Source: Podarcis muralis
Lineage: Eukaryota
Direction of reading: 5' to 3'
Assembly (NCBI RefSeq): GCF_964188315.1
Contig: NC_135657.1
Location: 108,872,001 to 108,936,000, forward strand
Length of the DNA: 64,000 nt
The notes beneath the pieces were generated by a model that saw nothing but the letters and a program-made list of their open reading frames with translations, was not told the origin of the DNA and made no database searches. Both the position numbers and the translations under genes were made by a program. Positions 11,255 to 24,337 of the stretch are shown piece after piece. How positions within the stretch are numbered: the first letter of the stretch is position 1; each line of letters opens with the position of its first letter.

Positions 11255-12480
11255 AGAATAGAATAGAATAGAAAGTCACACTTTGTTGGTCAGGTGCCAT
11301 TGTAAAGGCTGGAAAATATAAATGTGACATGGACCCCACTGTACTGTTTGAAGTTTTGGTTGTTTTTTTAAAAATGTATTTCTAGAGTTCAGGAACAGAG
11401 GAAAAGAAAACTTGTGCTGGCTCCTAACCCACAGCCAGTAGGTAGTGTCAATTCAGAACCGCTAGATCTACAACACTGGAATTATCCTGCCTTTCGGATG
11501 ACTGACTCAAGCATGATACAAATATGAACTGCCAAGAGTGGTGTAAGGAGATTGTCACTGCCAAACTCCTCGAGCATAAAGTCTCTTAACAAATGATCAA
11601 CGTGGCCACTTAGTGTTTTGGCGTCCACATGTTAACGGGGCAACATTTTTGTAATCTGAAAACCACTGTAAGCCATTTAATACAGTGATCAGATTTCTAG
11701 CTTCCAAGGCAGTGGAACAGAATTTGTGCAAGCCTTAGTGATGCTCCGTGAAGGTGAGAAAGCAAGATGGATGTCAGAACCTGTCTATGCATTAAATCCT
11801 TCTTATCTGCTACTAATACAATCCAAATAATAAAAAATCTTGTTTTCATTCTGGGGGCTCTGTGTGCATGTTCCAACAGTCCCTTCCCCCCACCACTGGA
11901 AAAGCAAGAAGCGGCTGCAGTGGCTTCTGGGTTCTGGCAAGATCTTGTGAGAGTCCTGTGAGATGGTGAGGGGCTCTTGCAAGATCTTGCCAGAACTTGG
12001 AAGCCGCAGCCGCATGACCCAGTAAGCGGGGTTTTGGCATGGGCTTCGAAGGGGGAGGCAGTGTGTAGCAGGCAGTGAACATGCAGGCTGGCACCTTCCC
12101 ATTTTGCCTCAGGTGATGAAATGGGATGGACCACCCCTGTTCATGATGGGCCAAAAGAAGTACTGCTTCACAAATGAGTAATTAACTTATGAAACCACCT
12201 GTAGGGTCAGCCACTGCCTTTGATGGCTTAAAAATGGTTAGATGTACAAAGGATGAGTCTATCAATGGTTGCTTCACTTCCATGCTCAGAGGCGGTGCAT
12301 CTCTGAATACTGTTGTTGTGGTTCTTTTCCAGTAAGGATTTCATTGGGAAGAAGGTAAAAAAAATGGTTGTGGGGATTTAGAGGGCGAAATGAGCAGTTA
12401 TGGTTTTAGCACCAATTTTCCCCTGCAGATCTCACCGACCCTTTTGTGTTACAAGGCAATCCTCTGCTTGCTTCACAATA

Positions 12481-12732
12481 CAGTGGAACCTCGGTTTTCG
12501 AGAGTCTCGGAAAGCAAACAATTTGGAATCCGAACACCGAAAATCCAGAAGTAATTGTTTCCATTTTCAAATGCACCTTGGAAGTCCAACGGCTTCCAAG
12601 GCGCACTTTACATTTTCCCCCATTGACTTTCCATTGACTTTGCAACCAGCCCATTGATCCTCAGTTTTTGAACATTTCGGAAGTCGAACAGTCTTTCGGA
12701 ATGGATTATGCTTGAAAACCGAGGTTCCACTG
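12481..12732. mobile_element. Tc1/mariner (Tigger-like) MITE
   Basis: TIRs CAGTGGAACCTCGGTTTTC / GAAAACCGAGGTTCCACTG; TA at left, TT at right. Confidence 0.85.
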
Positions 12733-15700
12733 TTTGTTGTTCCACCTGCAGCAACTTTCAAAAATGCCTTGTTTAAAAGGGAGCGCCATCCGTGTTTTTA
12801 AAGTGGGCGCCAGAGTACACACATTCACACAAAAATTTCTGAACAGAATGATCCAAAGTATTTTTGTTCCTGTTCATACAAATAAATCCATCCATCCAAG
12901 CACTCTAAAGTTCTTGCACAAGTGCTCCCTACAATATCCCTGTAAAGTATGCACTATTTTTTCCTATTTTGAATATGGGGAATAAAACGTAACAGTGCCA
13001 GAGGCCAAGATCAGAACAGCTACTTTAGGACTTCCTGAAAATTTGGACAGGCCTAGTGGCATTTTTTCATTTGTTTCTTTGTGGACAGGAAAACTTCACT
13101 GCCATGTTATAATTAATTTTTTTGAAGTCTATTCAATTTAAGAAGCACCTTGCCATGTGACATTGGGAGCTGGTGTTTAAGAAATGCAAATCCAAAGCCT
13201 AATTGAGCCCATGTCCCAGAAGCTGTCATCAATTGCTTTGGATGCTGGAATAAATGTCAATGGCTGAGTTTAGAAGCAAACTGAAATCTCCTAAATCTCA
13301 GCCCTAATACTACCTTCCAGATTTTATTGATTTCCTAACAGCCACATGCATCCATGCTTAGCCACCATTAAACAAGCATTAAAATCCATTTCCAAAGACT
13401 TATGTACACCACACAGTAGGCACTTTCTGAGCTTTAGACTGATAATCCTGTTAGCTACAAGCCCAATCATTTCTTTTTTAAAAGGATGAGATTATGCAAA
13501 GGAGAAAAAGGGGAAAGTATTTTGATCTAGCACAGGGAAGGAGAATTATGCCAACAAGCCTGAGGTCTAAAAAAAGATCAATATATTTTAAAGATTTCCC
13601 CTGACTTCTGGATTATTCGCTGTACATTATACTTGGCAATTATGAGATTTAATGAAAGGTTCATGTCAGAAATCATTCCTTTTCCCTGAAGCCAGTGTTT
13701 TTTTCTTTTTCTTTTGCAGGGGGCAGGACTCATTAATTTGCTCTGAACCTGGGGTGTGTGTGTATGTGTCGTCTGAAATTTTCATGACCTTTTCAGATAC
13801 AGAACAAGCATGAATTATTGACAGCTACTGCAATTTATGTGTAAATTTGAAATATCATGTATAAACCACATTAAACTGCAAGGTATGACATTCCAAAACC
13901 ACATAGACACACCTCTGTATCTTTTGCTTTTGAATGATATGGTTCACACCTATTTCCTTTTGTGCTAATCATTTTTTTCAGTGTTGTTTTGGTTCTGTTG
14001 CCAATTGTGGTATGTTACAAAGCAGCAGCTTCTCACGCCTCTTCTGGCTTTATGAGAAAACCCAAAGCTATTTTGTAGCATGATTTGTATCCTATTCTAT
14101 CCTATTCTATTCTGAAAATCAAGAGGAATAAGTAATAGTTCTCTAATAGAATTGCAAGACCCAAAGTGGGATAGTTTTTTGGCCTGTTCAGTTATGCACT
14201 TAGGAAAATTCTTGTACCAGTTGTGGGCCTCCAGGGCTTTGTTTAGAAACACCACCCACTGACAGATATCATGAGCAACTTATTCTGCACTATTCGGATG
14301 AAACTCAGAAGTCCCTATAGACACAGGAGAACTAAAGTGAGACGGAGTCAAAACAGAGTCAAAACTGCAACAACATTTGAAGGGAACTTTTCCCATGACA
14401 CATGGAATAAAAAGGGTCCATTTAGCATACTAGAAAGTGCTGGCTGGAGGGGTCTTAAGATGCAATCTTAACCCTACCCACCTGGGAGTAAGCCTCATTG
14501 AATTCTTTAAGATCTACATCAGAGTAGATGTGGTTAGGGTTGCTCTGTAAATGGGAATCAAAAAGTACAACTCCCTCTAGGTTTGCTGGAGAATTCCATT
14601 AGAAATGGAAATGGGGGAGGAAATTGCTGCCATTTGCATTTTGTGTGCTGCAATTTGCATACTGCATTTTGCATGCAATTTTCATGTTCGTCTGGAGTTC
14701 AGGAACGGAAATCACGCAAGTGAATATGAGCAGTATTCACTACCGTTGACTTTCGCCCCAGATATTATGCAAATAATTATGTTATTTCTGCATTGTTTTT
14801 GACACTGCCCTTCCATTGAAATGCACTGAAATCAGTTCTGTTATTAATTCCGTGATAAATTACATTAGTTTCAACCATAGAGGACAGCAAGATGAGCAGC
14901 ATACGTTTTAGCACAGGCTGAACTGCAGCAGAATAGAAACATGACTGATTGTGACATACACGGAATGAGGTGGGAACCACTGCCTCCTTACATCCACACT
15001 CCCCTCTCAGAAGCAGGAATCCTACCTAATGCTATTATTGCCCCCTTATCCCACCTAAGGATGCCAATGGAAATACAGTTGAAAGTAGCACCTAGACATG
15101 CTGCTTATGTCTAATGATGGTGGCTAGCCATGATGGAAGCCATGCTCTGCTTCCATGGTTGGGGACAGTATGCTTTCTAAAGTTGTTTTAATTTGTTTTA
15201 AATGTTGTGTTTCAATAGTGTAACCCACCTTAGGACCTTAGGGTGAAGGGCAGGTAATTAGTATTAAATACCAATTGCTGAAAACATGAGGGGAGAGTGC
15301 TCTTGTGCTCAGGTCTTGCTTGGACATTTCCCACTGGCAAAGGTTCGGCCACTGTGAAAACAGGATGAGGGACTACCCGGCCATTGGCCTGATCCAGCCA
15401 GCTCTTTTAATTTTGCTCCATATGAAGCCTAGTAGTGGAATCCCATCATGGCTTCATATGATCAGCCCCCACTCTTACAATTAAACCATTGTTTGTAGCA
15501 TTCAGGCTAAATCTTTGGGGTTATGGTTTGAACCCACTGTACTTTCTTGTCCATACTGGGGTGTCAGAAACAATTGATTACTGTCCTATTTAAAGCAACC
15601 ATATATATGTATGTGTTTTTAATGTATTTTTCCATTTGCATTCCACTTCTCAACTGCACAGTAGCCAAAGTTAAAGCAAAAAATGAAAATTCATGTTCTG

Positions 15701-17018
15701 CAACCACAGGCGATTCCAGCGGAATTATAGGTAAACAGGCTTGGAATGCCAGTCTCAGTACAGGAAGAAATTAAGGCCTCGCTCTTGGAAACAGCAGGTG
15801 AGGTGAGAAATGTGTTCTTTGGCAGCACACCACAGACTGCAGCTGTGTATGTGAAGCCCCCCATCCTCTCTTCCCCATATTAAACAAGCTCCACTCCTTC
15901 AGTCTTCTTAGAAAGGATATTCTCCAGACCTCTAAGCAATCCTGTTGCTTTGCTCTGGATTATTTCCAGCTTCCATGTGTCTTTTTTGAAGTCTGGAAAT
16001 GACATAGTACTCACACAAAGCTTCCCTAATGCCGGGGAGAGGGGTGGGGGAGAATTATTGCCTCTGTTTTACTCATAATGCTCCTTTCCATGGAGCCCAG
16101 TATGGCATCAGCACAGCAGTACAAAGCTAATCAATCATCTTATCTGCTAGGACCCCCCCCCCCTCCCTTGCCCTGAAGCCATTTCCGCACTGCTATTTGC
16201 TAGGAAGACATATCCCAGCTAGTAATTATGCATTTGTTTTTACCCATCTCCAGAACGCTGTATTTATGCTCGTTAAATGTAACCCTTTTTATTTCTGCCA
16301 ATCCCCCCCCCCCCAGTTTATCAAGATAAATATTTATTTGTGGCCCTGTCATTGCAAAGCACTTTCAGCCTCTCTCGGTTTGGCGTTACTTGCAAATCTG
16401 AGTTCTGTACTTTCTATCCCCCTGTTAACGAGTGTATTAAATAGCACTAGACCAAGATTTATATTTCCACAAGTGTCTGCTCTATCACAGAGATGCAGAA
16501 GAATGTGTCCTCATACTCCTTCAGGCATCTATATAAGGAAACTGTCTCCTGGATTATTGAATTTCTAATATCTGCACAAGCAGGGAGGCAATTACAGTTA
16601 GAGGACACCTCTAGGCTGCTCGACAGGTACACTAAAAATAGGATAGTTGAAACAGCTGTTTGGACATCAAGAGGTGACAGGTGAAAGACGTTTCAGATAG
16701 ATAGCTCTAGGTTCCTGAACTGTATTTAGGTAATGCGTTTTCTGAGTAGACCAGATCATAGCAGGTACAAGAGCCTCGGAGATACCTTGAGTTATTGCCA
16801 ATCAAGCTCTAGGGGAATACATCTGAGTCAAACTACACATGTCAGAGTGTACCATGCGATTTCACCTGAAAAGTACTGTAACAAGTGGAGGCTGTAATGA
16901 GTGGAGGAAAGGTGGATTAAGAGTTAAGAATTTCCCCTCTCTCAGAATTGTCCTTTTAGGTGCTTTTACCCCACTGGGGAGAAATGGGGTCCTGCATGTT
17001 GAAGCACAGGGGAAATAG

Positions 17019-17126
17019 TTAAGTCCTTTCTCTAATGCCATAACTCCAATTCAAAGCAGGGTACCCTTTCAAGAGAAAGTTGGGGCACAGGATCCCAGAT
17101 CTCCTGATGTGTTGTCCAGTTGTGCC
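17019..17126 (-). CDS. PLCB1: Candidate PLCB1b-specific alternative exon (coding part)
   Basis: TTAG|GGC..., phase 0, reads GTTGQHIRRSGILCPNFLLKGYPALNWSYGIRERT*. The PNF-x6-AL-x-W spacing matches the recalled human 1b tail SPNFTPPNPQALKW, and it lies downstream of exon 31 as expected. Otherwise the similarity is weak. Confidence 0.3.
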   Translation of the reverse strand, partial: GTTGQHIRRSGILCPNFLLKGYPALNWSYGIRERT

Positions 17127-19662
17127 CTAATCCAAACCAAAGGGCTAAAGCAAAACACCAGTAGACTGCTAGAAAGATGCATATGAATATATAGTTGAGA
17201 ACAGCAGCTGGAAAGAGGATGCAAATTCCCAGATGAAGGATGATTTTAATGGCATATAAGTATGGAGTGTACAAACTTTACAATGGATTGTCTTGGCAGG
17301 ATGCTGCACCTTAAAAGTCTTACAGAGCTATCCACAAACCCCAGGAGGCGGCCGTAGGGCCTAAAAGAGTGTCCCTACCTCAATCACAGCTGTGCTGCTT
17401 GCACTGGCCAGGATGGAAGGGATGGAGAGGAGTTAAAATTGCAGTACAGCAGCTCCCAGGCTGGCATAGCAAAGAAGCCTGGGTAGGGTCTGTTGCCACC
17501 ATAGGGTGGCAGCAGGGATGGCCCAAGATCCAGTAGTTTCTTTGCCAGCCTTGCAAAACTCCATAAGGGGGGGCGGGGTTCTGCAGGTGTGTTGAGGTCT
17601 TCTGCACTGGTGGACCTCCCTTGCAACCTGGCCAGTCAGGAGTTTGGATTGCAACCTTATAAATGCATGAAATTTAAGTGCTCACATCTCATATTGCATT
17701 ACTGAATTGCACGCCATTTGGAACTGAAACAAACAAGAGCCAAATAAATAATGTAGGTTACCGTCTACCCATTCCATTGTTTCCATTGTTTTATTCTTAT
17801 CACATCTCATACACAGACCTGCACAGAGCTTTGCAGAGAATGATTAGACATGAAGATTGCCTACGTAAATAACCCTGTGAAGGAAGGTTTCCTAAAGTTG
17901 TACTGCACCCTGCACATGTCTTTCTTAAGGAACCCGTGTAACATGTACTGAATGGGTGCTGGATAATGTACATTTCGTCACGTGACGCCGAGATGCTTAG
18001 CTGCAAAAATTGATGTTTGCTGTGACTTTGCTCAGGCACAAACAGTAAGTAGAGGATTTAATGTCTAAATATATCCATTAAATTCACAACAACAGTAATT
18101 GGGAACCTATGATTCTATTATATAAATGCATCTCTCAAGACAAAACAGCTTGTGAAACATAACATCAAGCACTTTGGTTAAACATCTAGCCAAGAGATGG
18201 GCGAAACCTGTTGTTTTATTTCTGCTGCCCACTGTCTGCACCACAGTCTTGGGAATCCACAAAAGCGCTACATAGTTTTCTGGGTACCTTGCTTTTAAAA
18301 CATACTCAGTTCAGAATGTTTGTCCAACCCAGTTGTTGTCCACTGCTTTTCATAGGCTAGGTGGTCCCAATTTTAAACCACCAGCAGACTTGCACAAGAG
18401 TTTGCACATACAGCTCCTGCTGGTATCTCCCCCCGCCCCCCGATAGAAAATAAACCTAAGCTGAGTTCAAGATAATTGCCTGCATTTGCAAAATGGTTGT
18501 GGACTAGTTGGGTATGCCAAAGCATGACTTAGGGTGAACACACAGGAGTGTGTTCCACTGGGGATTGTGGATTGTGACCACTGTGGTCTTGCTGCTGCAG
18601 TACCTTACTTACTGCCAGTGCTTTTTTGCTTTAAAAAATGTTGAGGGGTACTCTCATTTTGACTCAAGAAAATCACTATTTTATAGTTCAAATAGGGAAA
18701 AATAAATACAGTGAATGGACAAAAGTACAAAGATTCACAAAATGTTTAGGGGTATGCGTCCCCCTGCATCCCCCTCAGGAAAAAAAAAAGGACTGGTTAT
18801 TGCCCATGGTTTTTCTGGAGCAAGAATGGAAAGATTTGTCAATTTCAGTTCTCTCAGTTTCTCATTTCTGCCATTTTAAATTTAGTTCTCCACATTACTC
18901 CACAGAAATTTGTGTGTGTGTGTTTTAAAAAAATCTTCACGAAAAGTTCTTCAGCAATTTAGTGTGAATTTCTCCTAATGAACTCATTTTTGCCAGCGGT
19001 TTTGACTAATGTGTACATCTTTGCAAGCAACTGCTCATAATGGAATGCAATTTTGCAAGCTATCTTCAGAAACGCATTCATCTTTATGCACCCCCCCAAC
19101 ATATGCATTTTTTTGTAAACAGAGATCGGTTGGAGGGCTCATAGCAAAATTCAGGTGAGTGCGAATTTCAAAGGCTCGCTGTACTTTGGCTCTCACATTG
19201 TTTCAAATGGCAAAAACATTGAAAGATTTGGCTTCAGATGAGAACTGGATCAAGCTTCTTCTCTATCCCTCATCAAAAGCAAGACAAAACACAAATCCTG
19301 GTCTAGACAACTTGCTAATTCAGATCATGGCTTTGTTCACAGTAGCGCCACAGGAGGACCAGGAGAAAACCATTGTTGCCACCATCCCTTCTCCAGGAAC
19401 TCACACATTTGTGGTAAGCTGTTTGTTTGTTTGTTTGTTTGTTTATTAATACCCCCGACAGGGATTCCAGGCAGCCTACAGATAGAAGAGTTTGACTTAG
19501 CAGGATGTGTGAACCAGAACAATATCCTCCATGGAATTGGATCAACTGGATTACTGCGCCATTAGAAATAACAAGCAAAAACTGTTTTTGATCTATCACT
19601 TAAAATTATGTTCTTCTGCTCATCGGAAGCTCCATGAAATAACTGGTGCCTATATTTTCCCA

Positions 19663-20020
19663 CAGCGGGTGGCGCTGTGGTCTAAACCACAGAGCCTAGG
19701 GCTTTCCGATCAGAAGGTTGGTGGTTCAAATCCCCACGATGGGGTGAGCTCCTGTTGCTCGGTCCCTGCTCCTGCCCACCTAGCAGTATGAAAGCATGTC
19801 AAGTGCAAGTTGATAAATAGGTACTGCTCCGGTGGGAAGGTAAACGGCATTTCTGTGCGCTGCTCTGGTTTTGCCAGAAACGGCTTAGTCATGCTGGCCA
19901 CATGACCCGGAAGCTGTCTGCGGACAAACACCGGCTACCTTGGACTATAAAGTGAGATGAGCGCCGCAACCCCAGAGTCATCTGCGACTGGACGTAATGG
20001 TCAGGGGTACCTTTACCTTT
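19663..20020 (+). mobile_element. Sauria SINE
   Basis: GCGGGTGGCGCTGTGG head and GGGGTACCTTTACCTTT tail; more diverged than the other copies. Confidence 0.9.
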
Positions 20021-20600
20021 ATAATTTCCCTGTGTCAAACAAACCAGTCAAAAGTTGGCACCTATTTTAACATGTGAAGAGACTATATAGTCTAAACCTT
20101 TTTGAAAGCTGTTTATTGATTTACTCTTCAAAAATCATAACATAAAATGCCATGAATTAATTTCCTGCATGTTAACAGCTGCCAGAAAAGCTACATGAAA
20201 TAATGAAAACAATGCTGTCCTGCCTATGGGAGAAGGGGAAAACAAAACAACACAAATGCACAGTTACGTCACAGTGTCTGAGATGGAGAATAGATGCAAT
20301 GCACAAAACATGTCATTGCCGGAATCGAGGGGGTAGCCATGCTATAGTCTGTTGCAGCCACAAGGCTCTCTGATGCTATATTCCAGATCTGTCAGAGATT
20401 TTTGCAGGATGCCAAACTCCTTACTTTGCTAGGATAACAAAATAATAGGATTTCTGCATGCTTCAAAAACCAACTCCTTATTCCTGAATAGAAAAAGTTG
20501 AGATTTTGCATTGCTTAAAAAAATTCCAGGTGCATTGCACCCTCTGCTGGTCAAGGATATTCTTTACACTGAATGACATGCACCAAGATTAAATAACATA

Positions 20601-20765
20601 CTGTATTTACTCAAATCCAACGCTCACTTTTTTTTGGGTCAAAGTACGTTGCGAAAATTAAGGTGCGCATTAGATTCAATTAAGGTGCGCATTTTTTGGT
20701 TTCAAGGTTCTGAAAATTGAGGTGTGCATTAGATTTGATGATGCATTAGACTTGAGTAAATACAG
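20601..20765. mobile_element. Tc1/pogo-type MITE
   Basis: Perfect 14-bp TIR CTGTATTTACTCAA / TTGAGTAAATACAG flanked by TA on both sides. Confidence 0.85.
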
Positions 20766-20989
20766 TATTTTTGTAGGATACCATCCCCCCCCAAATGCAC
20801 ACTCATTTGTGCGTTAACATTGCCTATATTTTTTCTTTCCATGTGATAAAGCATTGCACATCTTTCTCTGATATTTCTTTTGTTAGCATTCATAATTAGA
20901 GGCCTGGTTGAGTATCAGCCTGACACGAGGCTCATTGTCCGTAAGCAAAAAAAATAAAAAAATAAAAAATGGTGCTCAAATCTCCTTAC

Positions 20990-21076
20990 CTTGGGCTTTT
21001 CATCCAGTATTTGCTGACGAATCTCCTTGTGCTTCTCCACAAGTCTTTCCTGCCTTTTACTTTGAGCGTCTTCTAG
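20990..21076 (-). CDS. PLCB1: PLCB1 exon 31-equivalent (87 bp), last exon common to isoforms 1a and 1b
   Basis: TAG|CTA GAA GAC ... CCC AAG|GTAAG; [29 protein letters not shown]. Confidence 0.96.
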
Positions 21077-23081
21077 CTAGAATAAAGCAGGGAAACAATT
21101 CATTGTATTCAAACATGTGCATTTCATTCTTCAGTTCTATACTGAAGTAGTTCTGTCCAGGATAGAACAGTATGACATAAGCATTCTTAGTAGAGTATTT
21201 GATTTGTTTTTCAACAAAACAATGCTTATTGATATATTATGTATACTTGGAGATTTAATTTAAAACCTTACATTCCCCCCCCAAGAAATGTGCAGTTTAA
21301 AACACACTTAAGAATACTAGAAGAAACAGCTGAAGTTTATAGGTAGTTGATAGTAGCATTTAATCACGCCATCATCCAGCACCAAAAATTAGACAGCTTT
21401 GCACAGTTAAGGATGAAGCCAGGACTAATTTTATTTCTTAGCAAAGAATAACAAGTAGGAAGAGTGAGAAATAAAAAAGAATGCCAACAAATCAACACAT
21501 TTTCTTTGGGGGGGGGGTTATAACTAAAAACACATGTTCTATTGAACATTGTTGTGTACTTCTAACTTTCACATATGCTGCAATGCAATTTTTTGACATC
21601 AGCTTCTGAATCAATTGGCATGTATGCTATACTCACTTAAACAGGAATTTCTGTTCATTGGCCCTAGCATTGTTGCCCTCTCCCTGTTACCTATTGATCA
21701 TCCTCCACTCAATAGTCAATTTCAAACCTTCATGCATTTCACAAGAATGGGAGGGAGACTACTGGCTAAAGCTTTGTTCACTAAGCCTTTAAAAACTGCA
21801 GCACAAACCTAGAAAGGCTACTTTTTCTGAAGAAAAGCAACTTCGGGAGGGCTTTATGAGTGATGCAAGAAAGCATCAGATAAGGAGCATTCAACTCTAG
21901 CTCTGACAGTCATTTCTGATCTTCCTGTAATGTCACTGCCCCTCCTCCTGCCCCAGAGAGTTGAAACACCAGTGGAATCTCACAGGAGGAAAAGTCTCTG
22001 GGAAGGACCTGGAGCAGTGGAGAAAGGAATAAACACCTGCTTGCTACCCACTACTGCTCTGCTCAAAGCGGATCCCTCTCAATGGCACTTTTGCTCACAA
22101 AAAGCAGCCATCAGCTCTGTGTTACATGCATGTGTGTATAATGCGTAATGGCTAACTTGTGAAGCCTCAGCTATAGCTCCTCCACATACCTATGTTGAGC
22201 CAAAGCCAAGCATCCATCCTGCTGGGTCTGGGACTGCCTGTTTCACCATTCCTGGTGAGGAAATGATGGCTTTTGCATCAGTTTTTAGCTGGGAAACTGA
22301 CCCCGAGTTCTGGGAAATACCTTCTCTCCAGCTGAAATTGATGCAAACAGTGTCATGCTGTTCTTTCCAGCAGAAATGGATGCTCTTTGGCTACCTCTGC
22401 TGTCTCCCTTGCCATCAGGAAAGTCACTAGGTAATTGGGGAGCCGAGGAAGGGAGGGAGGTAGTACCAGGTGTGTGATTTCAAGGTGCAACAGGCCATGC
22501 TCCCAGCCTGCTCATGACAGACTATGAGAAGCGCCAAACTTGACTTGTGCCTGCCTCCCTGGAATCAAACCAGGTCATTTGCCATTATGAGCCCCTACAT
22601 TCAATTTCCTGTGACAACATTTTGCAATGTATTGTAAATGCTGGAAGGGGACTCTGCTCAGATTTCTTAGAACAGCTTTGAGACATTACCTTACCTGCAG
22701 GAAGAGGATTTTTTAAAATTCTCCACACTTTCTGTTCCTCCGCAACATCAGATCTGAAACACAGGTGATAAAGTTTCCAACATTCCTTCACATTTCAGAT
22801 GTGATATTGTCATGGGGAAACACTTGGCTCCTGCACAGCAAGATAATATTCAAAGTGGCTCTTGGTAATTCTACAGAAGATGGCAAACCAAGTTTACTAA
22901 AAATGTAGCATTGCAAGGAACCATAAATGCAAGATATCTCTTTTCAAATGACAAACACTGTTTTCATTGCTCTAACATTATTACTCCGTGTAAACCAAGA
23001 TAAGTACTGGAATTTGCCTGTTATCTTCATGCCATATGCAAATACAGAAAGTTTTGATGAACTTGTATGCAGTGGACTCAC

Positions 23082-23139
23082 CCTTTTAATGTATTGCACC
23101 ACCTCCTGAATATATGATCGAATCATTTCTGTCTTCTCC
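23082..23139 (-). CDS. PLCB1: PLCB1 exon 30-equivalent (58 bp)
   Basis: CCCAG|G GAG AAG ... AAA AGG|GTGAG; (E)EKTEMIRSYIQEVVQYIKR. Confidence 0.96.
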
Positions 23140-23431
23140 CTGGGAGCAAGATTAAAAACTACTGATTCCATTCCATTAATTTTTAACTGGCATTATTAAT
23201 GCATAATTTGCTAGCTTCTGCCACAAAGATCCTTCTCACAAATTCTTTGTACATTGCTTTAACTAAATAAGGGGAAATAAAAACCAGACAGCCCAGAAGC
23301 TACACATTATGTTCTGCATTAGAAGTGGTTTGACCAGAGACCACAAGTGGACCACACAAACCTTGTGAATATTGTGTCATATTGGTTCTTAATGTGTGAG
23401 GAAAGAAACCGCAGGCTTGCCTCAGAAACGT

Positions 23432-23452
23432 TTCAGCACCATGGACAGGGAA
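23432..23452 (+). promoter_or_regulatory. RE1/NRSE (REST-binding) motif
   Basis: TTCAGCACCATGGACAGGGAA versus consensus TTCAGCACCACGGACAGCGCC. Both half-sites are present with canonical 2-bp spacing. Confidence 0.6.
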
Positions 23453-23715
23453 ACCCATAGCCCTCTTGAACAATAGCTCCCATCATCCCTGACCTTTGAC
23501 CTTGCTGGCTGAGACTGGAGTCCAATAACTGCACCTAGAGACATCTAGGTTCCCCACCACTGTTTTACACCAAGCAACTCTTCTTGAACCCATTATATCT
23601 CTCCCACCTTATCTTCTGCAGGGATGGAACAGAGTTCTGTCCCAATTAGGATTGAGGCTGCACTCCACCATAGAACCTGCCCCATTCTGATGGATTCAGC
23701 ACAAGTCAAACGTAG

Positions 23716-24337
23716 TGTGATGGCCTGGGACTTGGGCTCAGACTCGGAGCCAGAGGAGTCTCAGTCCACACCGGATCCTTTGCCCCAGGCGGCATCTGAA
23801 CCTAGTGTGGGGCCTGATTCTGGAGAGCCCCAGTCTGCATAGGTTCCCCTGCAACAAGCACCAGCTGGGCCGAGTCAGGGGCCTGAGTCTGCTCTGGCTT
23901 CAGATGCGGGGATTACCTCGTTGCCTTCAGCTGGGCAATCACTTACAGCTGCTCCACTACCAACTGGGTCAGGAGAGGCTGAGGCAGCCTCTGGGTCTAG
24001 TAACCCACCGACATCTCCCGAGCTGCAGAGACTGAGGTCTGAGAGAAGGAGAGACCTGAGTACTTGCAGGAGGAGTGCTTACCTTCAGGCGAAACAGGGA
24101 GGTGAGTCACCAGGGGATCAGGACTGGCCGTTACCCCGACAGAGATAAAAGGCTGCTGGACCCTGCCACAGGTTGCGGGCGCAACATTGCTGTTTGCCAG
24201 AACCTGCCTGTGATCCTGTGCCTGACCTTGCCTGGTTTCCTGCCTCGTGTCCTGCCTTGGTCCTGTCGGACTGACTCTTCGCAGAACCCTTGGATTCGGG
24301 ACCAGACCTGAACTGCGTTACCCCCAGACCCAGCACA
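23716..24337 (+). mobile_element. Solo LTR, probably Ty3/Gypsy, 622 bp
   Basis: TGTG...CACA termini; 5-bp TSD cgtag/tgtag (one CpG-type change); TATA-like GATAAAAGG near 24144. Confidence 0.85.

Noticed and set aside
16570-16720. Possible Penelope GIY-YIG C-terminal remnant (QLEDTSRLLDRYTKNRIVETAVW)
   Set aside because: Similarity too short and weak to call without an HMM search.
18520-18600. Short minus-strand frame VLQQQDHSGHNPQSPVEHTPVCSP* as an alternative PLCB1 exon
   Set aside because: No polypyrimidine tract and no similarity to known PLCB1 tails.
1-20989. PLCB1a terminal exon (LQVELEQEYQDKFKRLP...)
   Set aside because: Searched by eye on the minus strand and not found; it probably lies left of the window.
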